Source of the DNA: Treponemataceae bacterium | Lineage (GTDB): Bacteria; Spirochaetota; Spirochaetia; Treponematales; Treponemataceae | Assembly (NCBI GenBank): GCA_045640805.1 | Contig: JAZUFS010000297.1 | Span: forward strand, 1-34,482 | Direction: 5' to 3' | Length of the DNA stretch: 34,482 bases | In this document: positions 25,095 through 32,546 of the stretch, piece after piece | Position numbering within the stretch: position 1 is the first letter of the stretch | How the letters are laid out: each line of letters starts with the position of its first letter | Notes under the pieces: model-generated | What the model saw: only the letters and a program-made list of their open reading frames with translations | What the model was told of the DNA's origin: nothing | Databases searched by the model: none | Program-made: the position numbers and the translations under genes

Positions 25095-26198
25095 CTACTC
25101 CATCTGCATTGGCATAATGATATGGAAGTAGTCGGATGCCGGTTCCGGACGTAATGTTACAGCCTTCATGGCTTCTGTAAATTCAAAGCACAGGCGGTCT
25201 GCATTAATTACTTTCATTGGTTCTTCAATGTAAGAGTAGTTGAGTGCGATTGTAATTTCGTCACCATCATACTTACATGGAATTTCTTCAAGAGCAGCAC
25301 CGATATCAGATTCCTGAGAAGTGATTGTCAATACGCCTGAATTAAGGGCGAAATAAATTCTCTGAGCTTTCTTATCGATGAGAAGTCCTACGCGGTGCAA
25401 TGCTTCCTGCAGATCCTTCTTTTCAACTTCAAAGCTGTGAGCCTGTGATTCAGGAATGACGCGGTTATAGTTCGGGAACTGACCATCAATCAGTACTGAT
25501 GTGAACTGATAGTTTCCGAATTTTACGAAAATCATCTTTTCAACGATGGCAATCTGAATCATGCCTTCGTTTGGAGCTCTCTTAAGGATGATGTTTAATA
25601 CCTTAGGAGGAACAATTGCTGGTGTGAAATCACCGATTCCCTGACAAAGCGGTTTAGAAACATATGCAAGGCGGCGGCCATCAGTTGCGACGAGAACCAG
25701 ATTATCTTCTTTCTTTTCAAAATAGATACCGTTCATGAAGAAGCGTGTTTCATCATCTGAAACAGCGAAAATTGTCTGAGTAATCATTTCCTTGAATTCA
25801 TTTACAGGAATCTCAAAATAAGGAACATTCTCTGCTGAACTGAATTCCGGGAATTTGTCACTTGCCATACTCTTCAGTTTGAACTGGACTTTCTTTGAAA
25901 TTGGCTTTATCTGAACAGTAATATCTGTCTGATTGAATTCAATGTCTCCAGAAGGAAGTGAGTTCAGGATACTGATGAATTTGTCACAGAAAACTGTTGT
26001 TGTTCCTTCTTCCTCAATATCAACCGGAATCTTTGTCTCAAAATTCACTTTGATATCTGTTGCCTTAATGGTCAAAGTGTTTGCTTCTGCAATGAAAAGA
26101 ACGTTTGATAAGATTGATAAAGCATTCTTTGTTGCGATAATTTCCTGAGCAATAGCAATCTCTTTGAGCATTGCGTCTCTGTCAAAGGTGAATTTCAT
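25095..26198 (-). CDS. dnaN: DNA polymerase III beta sliding clamp
   Basis: 367 aa with three-domain clamp-like periodicity (LSNVLFIAEANTLTIKATD...). AAGGAGA SD; located directly after dnaA. Confidence 0.95.
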   Translation of the reverse strand: MKFTFDRDAMLKEIAIAQEIIATKNALSILSNVLFIAEANTLTIKATDIKVNFETKIPVDIEEEGTTTVFCDKFISILNSLPSGDIEFNQTDITVQIKPISKKVQFKLKSMASDKFPEFSSAENVPYFEIPVNEFKEMITQTIFAVSDDETRFFMNGIYFEKKEDNLVLVATDGRRLAYVSKPLCQGIGDFTPAIVPPKVLNIILKRAPNEGMIQIAIVEKMIFVKFGNYQFTSVLIDGQFPNYNRVIPESQAHSFEVEKKDLQEALHRVGLLIDKKAQRIYFALNSGVLTITSQESDIGAALEEIPCKYDGDEITIALNYSYIEEPMKVINADRLCFEFTEAMKAVTLRPEPASDYFHIIMPMQME

Positions 26199-26207
26199 AA
26201 TGTCTCC

Positions 26208-26250
26208 TTTAATACTATATGTATATATATAATAATAGTAATAATAATAA
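26208..26250. repeat. AT-rich DNA-unwinding-element candidate with (TA)n/(AAT)n-like runs
   Basis: TTTAATACTATATGTATATATATAATAATAGTAATAATAATAA has only 3 G/C in 43 nt. Confidence 0.6.
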
Positions 26251-26262
26251 GGTCTGTGAATT

Positions 26263-26405
26263 TCTGTAAAAGTACTTTATCTGTTTATTCTGTAAAACTA
26301 TGTTGATGTTGAAAAGTCAAAGACTTTTTCTTAGGGTTTTACACAAATTAACAGGCACCTTACTTTTGCACAGTTTTTCAACAATATCTTATCATACTTT
26401 CAACA
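26263..26405. promoter_or_regulatory. DnaA-box array
   Basis: Exact matches to the relaxed consensus TTWTNCACA: TTTTACACA (26337-26345) and TTTTGCACA (26364-26372). Related 9-mers: TTTTCAACA (26375-26383) and CTTTCAACA (26397-26405). Opposite orientation: TGTTGAAAA (26307-26315) and TCTGTAAAA twice (26263-26271, 26289-26297; reverse complement TTTTACAGA, 1 mismatch). Confidence 0.55.
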
Positions 26406-26423
26406 AGATGTCCAAAAAAGGCA

Positions 26424-27869
26424 TCATGTAGAAGATTTCTTCTGCTCTTTCAGACTTCTCATTATCAGTTCGATATTTGATTCAAGCTGAGAGTCATTTT
26501 TGATTGCTTCTTCAATTTTCTGACAGGCGTGCATGACAGTCGTGTGATCTTTATTGAATTCTGCACCAAGTTCCGTTGTAGAATACTCTGTCATTTCACG
26601 AGCGATATACATGGCAATCTGACGTGGCATCATTATGTTCTTTGTGCGTTTCTTTCCTTTAACATCTGCAAAAGAAAGATTGTAATGATTTGCGACCGCC
26701 TTTATTACATCATCAATACTGATGTTGAGCTGCTTTTCAGGACCAAGTTTGTCTTTAAGAAGTTTTGCTGCAATTTCAACAGTAACTTCCTGCTGGATTA
26801 CATCCGTGTAGAAAATTATTGATGTAAGTGATGACTCAAGATCACGGACATTTGACACGACATTCTGTGCAACGAAATCAATGACATCCGCCGGAATGGT
26901 CTTGTCCATCTGCTCAAGTTTTTTCAGGAGAATAGCCTTACGAAGTTCGTATCCCGGAGGCTGTAAGTCGACATTAAGACCACGTTCGAAACGGCTGCGG
27001 AGCCTGTCTGTCAGATTCTTGAGTTCAGATACAGGACGGTCGCAGGTGAATACCATCTGCTTGTAAGAATCGTACAGGGCATTGAACGTATGGAAAAGTT
27101 CTTCCTGCAGACCCTCTCTTTTTTCAAAGAACTGGATGTCATCTATAAGGAGAATATCTGCTGAACGGTATTTGTTCTTGAATTTCTGGATTGTATTGTT
27201 GCGAAGGTTTTCAACGAACTCATTTGTGAATTCTTCAGACGTCTTGTAAATTATCTTCGCTTTCTTATCTGCCTGCCAGGCATAGTTTCCGATTGCCTGC
27301 ATGAGGTGCGTCTTACCAAGGCCAACGCCACCATAAATAAGAACCGGGTTATATGCACGGCCAGGATTTTTAGCAACGGCAAGTGCGGCATTGTAAGCGA
27401 AGTTGTTGTCGTTACCAATGACGAAATTGTCGAACGTATATTCAGTCTTCAGAAGAGGATGTTTCTCCTGTGTCTGAGCTGCCGGCTGATTGACTGCAAC
27501 GGCAGGTTTTGCGGCAGAAGCAGAATCAGATGTTTTAGTGTTACTACTTGTAGAAATGGGTGTATCACCAGCTGTTCCTGAAATCGGTGCTGTACGTTCC
27601 CGTATGACAAGATCAATTTTAATCTGCTGTCCTGTCAGATCAGAAAGATACTGGGTAAGTTTCTGAATGTCATTTCTTTCTTTTGTAAGATTGTCACAGA
27701 AAAGGCGTGAAGGCACAGAAACAGTAAATGTTGATCCTTTAAAATCAACATATTCCATTACACTGAGCCAGAAGGAAAATTCCTCGAGATTGTTTTTTTC
27801 TTCATATTCGGAACGAAGCATTTTCATTGCTTCTTCCCAGAACACCTTACAGTCTGCCATGTGGGTCAT
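26424..27869 (-). CDS. dnaA: Chromosomal replication initiator protein DnaA
   Basis: 481 aa. AAA+ Walker A (GGVGLGKTHLMQA), Walker B (LLIDDIQF) and the domain IV DNA-binding signature (IAMYIAREMTEYSTTELGAEFNKDHTTVMHACQKI). Two in-frame ATGs (27869 and 27860), neither with an SD. Confidence 0.95.
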   Translation of the reverse strand: MTHMADCKVFWEEAMKMLRSEYEEKNNLEEFSFWLSVMEYVDFKGSTFTVSVPSRLFCDNLTKERNDIQKLTQYLSDLTGQQIKIDLVIRERTAPISGTAGDTPISTSSNTKTSDSASAAKPAVAVNQPAAQTQEKHPLLKTEYTFDNFVIGNDNNFAYNAALAVAKNPGRAYNPVLIYGGVGLGKTHLMQAIGNYAWQADKKAKIIYKTSEEFTNEFVENLRNNTIQKFKNKYRSADILLIDDIQFFEKREGLQEELFHTFNALYDSYKQMVFTCDRPVSELKNLTDRLRSRFERGLNVDLQPPGYELRKAILLKKLEQMDKTIPADVIDFVAQNVVSNVRDLESSLTSIIFYTDVIQQEVTVEIAAKLLKDKLGPEKQLNISIDDVIKAVANHYNLSFADVKGKKRTKNIMMPRQIAMYIAREMTEYSTTELGAEFNKDHTTVMHACQKIEEAIKNDSQLESNIELIMRSLKEQKKSST

Positions 27870-27897
27870 TATACATTGTGTTTACTTTTTTCTGCAA
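27868..27897 (-). promoter_or_regulatory. Putative dnaA promoter whose -10 overlaps the first ATG
   Basis: On the minus strand: TTGCAG (27892-27897), 18-nt spacer, TATAAT (27868-27873). The hexamer's last two bases are the A and T of ATG 27869, and the second ATG (27860) sits 8 nt downstream of the hexamer. Confidence 0.4.
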
Positions 27898-27909
27898 TAG
27901 AGATATACT
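27881..27909 (+). promoter_or_regulatory. Putative gyrB promoter
   Basis: TTTACT (27881-27886), 17-nt spacer, TATACT (27904-27909). An AAGGGG SD lies 5 nt before ATG 27954. Confidence 0.35.
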
Positions 27910-27953
27910 CAACCGTAATTTTACCCAAATTTTATTCTTATTAAGGGGTATGC

Positions 27954-29873
27954 ATGAGCACCTCATATTCAGCCAATAACATTCAGGTTCTGAAGGGTCT
28001 TGAAGCAGTCCGTAAGAGACCTGGTATGTACATCGGTTCAACTGGACCTGATGGTTTACACCACCTCGTTTATGAAGTTGTCGATAACTCTATCGATGAA
28101 GCAATGGCCGGACATTGTGACCGGATTGTCGTTGCCCTTGAACAGAATGACATCTGCCGCGTAGAAGATAACGGACGCGGTATTCCGACTGACATACATC
28201 CGACTGAAGGAATCAGTGCACTGGAACTTGTTTTGACCCGCCTTCATGCCGGTGGTAAATTCGACAAGAGTTCCTATAAAGTTTCCGGTGGTCTTCACGG
28301 TGTCGGTGTTTCCTGCGTTAATGCCCTTTCAGTATGGCTTGAGGCAACCGTCTGTCACGAAGGAAAAGAGTTCCAACAGAAGTTTGAAATTGGTAACGCA
28401 GTAACTCAGGTACAGGAAGTTGGTCCGTCAGACAAACGTGGTACGACAATCCGCTGGAAAGCTGATGCAACAATCTTCACTGAAACAACCACATACAACT
28501 TTGATGTTCTTGCCAACAGACTCCGCGAACTTGCGTTCCTGAACAGTGGAATTACAATCATCCTGCGTGATGAGCGTCTTTCTACACCAAAGGAAGTTGA
28601 GTTCAAGTTTGACGGCGGTATAAAGCATTTCGTTTCATACCTGAATGAAGGAAAGAAAATCATTCCTGAAGAGCCTGTTTACATTACCGGTGAAAAGGAT
28701 GACATCGTTTCTGAAATTGCCCTGCAGTACAACGACGGATATAACGAAAACATCCTGTCTTTCGTAAACGATATCAACACACGCGAAGGTGGTACACATC
28801 TTGAAGGTTTCAAGACATCTATAACACGTGTCATGAATGCTTTCCTCCAGAACAATGCAAAACTCCAGAAGAAGATGGAGAATGAGGAAAAGCTTACCGG
28901 TGAAGACGTACGCGCCGGTCTTACAGCTGTTCTTTCAATCAAAGTTCCGGAGCCGCAGTTCGAAGGTCAGACAAAGACAAAACTTGGAAACACAGAAGTA
29001 CGCGGAATTGTTGATTCACTGGTAAACGAACAGCTCACAATATTCTTTGAGCAGAACCCGCAGATAATCGAGGTAATTCTTGAAAAGGCAGTCGCAGAAG
29101 CAACAGCCCGTATAGCAGCCCGCAAGGCAAAAGAAGCTACACGACGCAAATCAGGTCTGGACAGTTTCGGTCTTCCTGGAAAACTTTCTGACTGTTCTTC
29201 AAAAGATCCTGCCGAATGTGAAGTCTACATAGTAGAGGGTGACTCTGCAGGTGGATCCGCAAAGAAGGGAAGGGACAGCCGCACTCAGGCAATCCTGCCA
29301 CTTTGGGGAAAGATGTTAAACGTAGAGAAAGCCCGCATGGATAAGGTCATCAACAATGACAAGCTCCAGCCGGTAATTGCTTCTCTTGGTACTGGTATTG
29401 GCCCGGACTTCAATATTGAGAAACTCCGTTATCACAAGATAATCATCATGGCAGATGCTGATGTTGACGGGAGTCATATCCGCAGGCTGCTTCTGACATT
29501 CTTCTTTAGATACATGCCGCAGCTTATTGAAGATGGATACGTTTATCTTGCTATGCCACCGCTGTTCAAGGTTCAGCTTGGAAAGCAGAAGCCGGTGTAC
29601 GTTTACACTGAGGAAGAACGTGAAGCTGCACTTCAGGCTCTCGGTGAGAACCGTGACAAGGCAAGTGTTCAGCGTTATAAGGGTCTTGGTGAAATGGACG
29701 GAACCCAGCTTTGGGAAACAACTATGGATCCGGCCAACAGAAAAATGAAGGTTGTTACCATCCCGGATGCAATTGCAGCGGACAGGATTTTCAGCGTATG
29801 TATGGGCGAGGAAGTTGAGCCACGCCGCAAGTTCATCGAAGAAAATGCAGTGTATGCAAACCTCGATGTTTAA
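27954..29873 (+). CDS. gyrB: DNA gyrase subunit B
   Basis: 639 aa. GHKL ATPase motifs (LHHLVYEVVDNSIDEA, DNGRGIP, GLHGVG), Toprim (EVYIVEGDSAGGSAK, IMADADVDGSHI) and the C-terminal tail (QRYKGLGEM) are present. Confidence 0.97.
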   Translation: MSTSYSANNIQVLKGLEAVRKRPGMYIGSTGPDGLHHLVYEVVDNSIDEAMAGHCDRIVVALEQNDICRVEDNGRGIPTDIHPTEGISALELVLTRLHAGGKFDKSSYKVSGGLHGVGVSCVNALSVWLEATVCHEGKEFQQKFEIGNAVTQVQEVGPSDKRGTTIRWKADATIFTETTTYNFDVLANRLRELAFLNSGITIILRDERLSTPKEVEFKFDGGIKHFVSYLNEGKKIIPEEPVYITGEKDDIVSEIALQYNDGYNENILSFVNDINTREGGTHLEGFKTSITRVMNAFLQNNAKLQKKMENEEKLTGEDVRAGLTAVLSIKVPEPQFEGQTKTKLGNTEVRGIVDSLVNEQLTIFFEQNPQIIEVILEKAVAEATARIAARKAKEATRRKSGLDSFGLPGKLSDCSSKDPAECEVYIVEGDSAGGSAKKGRDSRTQAILPLWGKMLNVEKARMDKVINNDKLQPVIASLGTGIGPDFNIEKLRYHKIIIMADADVDGSHIRRLLLTFFFRYMPQLIEDGYVYLAMPPLFKVQLGKQKPVYVYTEEEREAALQALGENRDKASVQRYKGLGEMDGTQLWETTMDPANRKMKVVTIPDAIAADRIFSVCMGEEVEPRRKFIEENAVYANLDV

Positions 29874-29892
29874 TCAGAAGTGAGAGAAGAAG

Positions 29893-32361
29893 ATGGAAGA
29901 GATACAGACACCGGAAGGCGGAACACTCATAAAGATTCCAATTGAGACTGAAGTTAAACAGGCTTACATAGACTACTCAATGTCAGTTATTGTCCAGCGT
30001 GCACTTCCAGATGTACGCGACGGATTAAAGCCGGTACATCGCCGCATCCTGTATGCAATGGATGAGCTTAGTCTTAAGAATTCAGGACCAACCCGTAAGT
30101 GCGCAAAAATTGTCGGTGATGTTCTTGGAAAGTACCATCCGCATGGAGACGCATCAGTTTACGATGCACTCGTCCGCCTGGGACAGGACTTCTCACAGAG
30201 ATATACAGTAATCACACCACAGGGTAACTTCGGTACAATCGCCGGTGACCCTGCAGCTGCTTACCGATACACAGAAGCAAAGATGGCAAAGATTGCCGAA
30301 GAGATGGTTCTTGATATCGACAAAGATACAGTCGACATGATTCCAAACTTCGACGAGACGACAAAAGAGCCGACGGTTCTTCCAGCAAAGTTCCCATTCC
30401 TGCTTTGTAACGGTACAACAGGAATTGCAGTCGGTATGGCAACAAACATGCCGCCGCACAACCTGAAGGAAGTTGCAGCTGCTATCAGTGCTTACATTGA
30501 CAATCCTGACATTGAAATTGATGAACTGATGCAGTACATCAAGGGACCTGATTTCCCGACAGGTGGTATCATTTATGGTACATCAGGAATCAAGCAGGCA
30601 TACAAAACTGGTCGTGGAAAAGTCTGTGTACGTGGCCGGTTCACGATTGAAGTTTCAAAGACAGGAAAAGAATCCATCGTATTTACTGAAGTGCCGTATG
30701 GCATTAATACAAAAACACTATGCGAACGTATAGGTGATTTGGCACGCAACAAGCAGATTGAAGGAATCAGCGGAATAAACGATGAGACTTCAGACCGCGC
30801 CGGTATGCGTATCGTTATTGATCTGAAACGCGGTGCAGTCACGAAAATCGTACTGAATCAGCTGTTCGCAAAGACAGAACTGCAGTCAAACTTCGGTGTC
30901 ATCAACCTGGCACTCGTAAAGGGAAGACCGCAGATTCTTACCCTCAAACAGATCATCCAGTACTTCGTTGAGCACCGCGATGAAGTTGTTACAAGACGTA
31001 CAAAGTTCGACCTGGCAAAAGCTCTGGCACGCCTCCACATCTTGGAAGCACTGATTATTGCAATCAACAACATTGATGAAGTAATCGCAATCATCCGCGG
31101 AAGCCGTGATACTGATGAAGCTAAAGCAAAGCTCATGAAGCGTTTCGATATGGATGATGTCCAGACTCAGGCAATTGTTGATATGCCACTCAAGAGACTG
31201 ACTCATCTGCTTATCGATGACCTGAAGAATGAGATTGCAGGACTTGAAGCTCTTATTGCACACCTGCGTGATCTGCTCGAACATCACGAAAAGATTCTCG
31301 CACTCATCAAGGAAGAGACAAACGATATAGCTGACCGCTACGGTGATGACCGCCGCACTGACATTGTTCATGATGAAGTTGAACAGATTAATGTTGAAGA
31401 CCTTATCAAGGAAGAGGACATGGTTGTCCTTATTTCTCACATGGGTTACATCAAGTGTGTTCCAGCATCTGCTTACAAGAGTCAGGGTCGCGGCGGTAAG
31501 GGTTCCAACAGCACCAAGCTTATTGAAGAAGATTTCATCAAGCAGATATTCATCGCATCAACTCACGATTATGTGCTCTTCATTTCAACTGAAGGAAAAG
31601 CATATTATCTTAAAGTGCATGAAATCCCAGAGGCAAGTAAGAACAGCCGCGGCGTTCACATCAAAGGTCTCATATCAATCGGTTCAGACGAAGAGATTGC
31701 GACAACTGCAGTCATTAAGGATTTCTCTGACAAAGAGTATCTGTTCATGGCAACAGCAGGCGGTGTCGTAAAGAAAGTCCAGACAAGTGAATTCAGCAAT
31801 GCAAAGACCCGCGGTATCATTGCACTCAAGTTGAAAGAAGGGGATAAGATTGTATCCGCTCTTCTGACAGAAGGTGACGATGAGCTTCTGTTTATCACAA
31901 GAAAAGGACAGGCCCTGCGCATAACAGAACATGACGTACGTCACATGGGTCGTGCCTCTACTGGTGTCACAGGAATTAAGCTCGCAGAAGATGATGAACT
32001 TGCTTCTGCTGTCCGCATTAAGAATGATGAAAAAGTATTCCTCATTACAGAAAGCGGATATGGAAAGCGTACTAATTACGATGAGTTCATGCAGCACGGA
32101 CGCGGAACTGGCGGACAGCGCTGCTACACAATTTCTGAGCACACAGGCGAATTGGTCGGTGCAGTTTCTGTTCTTGAAGATGATGAAGTTATGTGCATAA
32201 CAAGTCTTGGAAAGACACTGCGCGTTCCAGCTGCTTCAATCAGTGAACAGGGACGCGGTGCACAAGGCGTACATGTTCTCGACATCAAGGCACCTGACAT
32301 GGTAATTGGTCTTGACCGTGTACAGAAAGAAGAAGAGACAGAAGGAGACGAAGAAGAGTAG
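29893..32361 (+). CDS. gyrA: DNA gyrase subunit A
   Basis: 822 aa. Contains DGLKPVHRRILY, the quinolone-resistance-region-like KYHPHGDASVYDALVRL, the catalytic Tyr context (AAYRYTEAKM), C-terminal beta-pinwheel repeats and an acidic tail. Confidence 0.97.
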   Translation: MEEIQTPEGGTLIKIPIETEVKQAYIDYSMSVIVQRALPDVRDGLKPVHRRILYAMDELSLKNSGPTRKCAKIVGDVLGKYHPHGDASVYDALVRLGQDFSQRYTVITPQGNFGTIAGDPAAAYRYTEAKMAKIAEEMVLDIDKDTVDMIPNFDETTKEPTVLPAKFPFLLCNGTTGIAVGMATNMPPHNLKEVAAAISAYIDNPDIEIDELMQYIKGPDFPTGGIIYGTSGIKQAYKTGRGKVCVRGRFTIEVSKTGKESIVFTEVPYGINTKTLCERIGDLARNKQIEGISGINDETSDRAGMRIVIDLKRGAVTKIVLNQLFAKTELQSNFGVINLALVKGRPQILTLKQIIQYFVEHRDEVVTRRTKFDLAKALARLHILEALIIAINNIDEVIAIIRGSRDTDEAKAKLMKRFDMDDVQTQAIVDMPLKRLTHLLIDDLKNEIAGLEALIAHLRDLLEHHEKILALIKEETNDIADRYGDDRRTDIVHDEVEQINVEDLIKEEDMVVLISHMGYIKCVPASAYKSQGRGGKGSNSTKLIEEDFIKQIFIASTHDYVLFISTEGKAYYLKVHEIPEASKNSRGVHIKGLISIGSDEEIATTAVIKDFSDKEYLFMATAGGVVKKVQTSEFSNAKTRGIIALKLKEGDKIVSALLTEGDDELLFITRKGQALRITEHDVRHMGRASTGVTGIKLAEDDELASAVRIKNDEKVFLITESGYGKRTNYDEFMQHGRGTGGQRCYTISEHTGELVGAVSVLEDDEVMCITSLGKTLRVPAASISEQGRGAQGVHVLDIKAPDMVIGLDRVQKEEETEGDEEE

Positions 32362-32403
32362 TCTAATATCACATAGCGAGAATGCGAAGCATTGTCTCAC
32401 GCA

Positions 32404-32419
32404 TGTTTCACGTGAAACA
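32404..32419. other. parS centromere-like site 1 (perfect 16-bp palindrome)
   Basis: TGTTTCACGTGAAACA is an exact match to the ParB-binding consensus TGTTNCACGTGAAACA. Confidence 0.85.
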
Positions 32420-32460
32420 AAAAAAGCCGGATAGCTTTGAAAAGCGTCCGGCTTTTTTCT
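32420..32460. terminator. Bidirectional rho-independent terminator between convergent gyrA and the argA-like gene
   Basis: AGCCGGA (32425-32431) pairs with TCCGGCT (32447-32453), with an inner GCTT/AAGC stem. It is flanked by an A-run (32419-32425) and a T-run (32453-32458). Confidence 0.8.
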
Positions 32461-32470
32461 TGCCCGTGCA

Positions 32471-32486
32471 TGTTTCACGTGAAACA
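32471..32486. other. parS centromere-like site 2 (perfect 16-bp palindrome)
   Basis: TGTTTCACGTGAAACA again. The 19-nt GCATGTTTCACGTGAAACA is identical at 32401-32419 and 32468-32486. Confidence 0.85.
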
Positions 32487-32546
32487 TTCTGCGCATGTGG
32501 CATTTCTGTCGTGTCAGATAAGAGAACGGCGAGCCCCTCGTGGGTG

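Larger units (their letters stand above)
26199..26423. other. Candidate chromosomal replication origin (oriC) in the dnaA-dnaN spacer
   Basis: 225-bp non-coding spacer containing a 93% AT block plus at least 7 DnaA-box-like 9-mers in two orientations (detailed in the next two features). Confidence 0.6.

Noticed and set aside
26208-26250. TA/AAT microsatellite-like run, considered as a tandem repeat, a CRISPR-like element or a phase-variation tract.
   Set aside because: It is too short and irregular for a repeat array and has no spacers. Its position next to DnaA boxes between dnaA and dnaN fits a DNA-unwinding element.
27919-27927. The dnaA-gyrB spacer (27870-27953) as the main oriC.
   Set aside because: The spacer is only 84 bp, is occupied by two overlapping divergent promoters, and has a single imperfect box (TTTTACCCA). 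The dnaA-dnaN spacer has the AT-rich block and at least 7 boxes. This spacer may still contribute auxiliary or autoregulatory DnaA binding.
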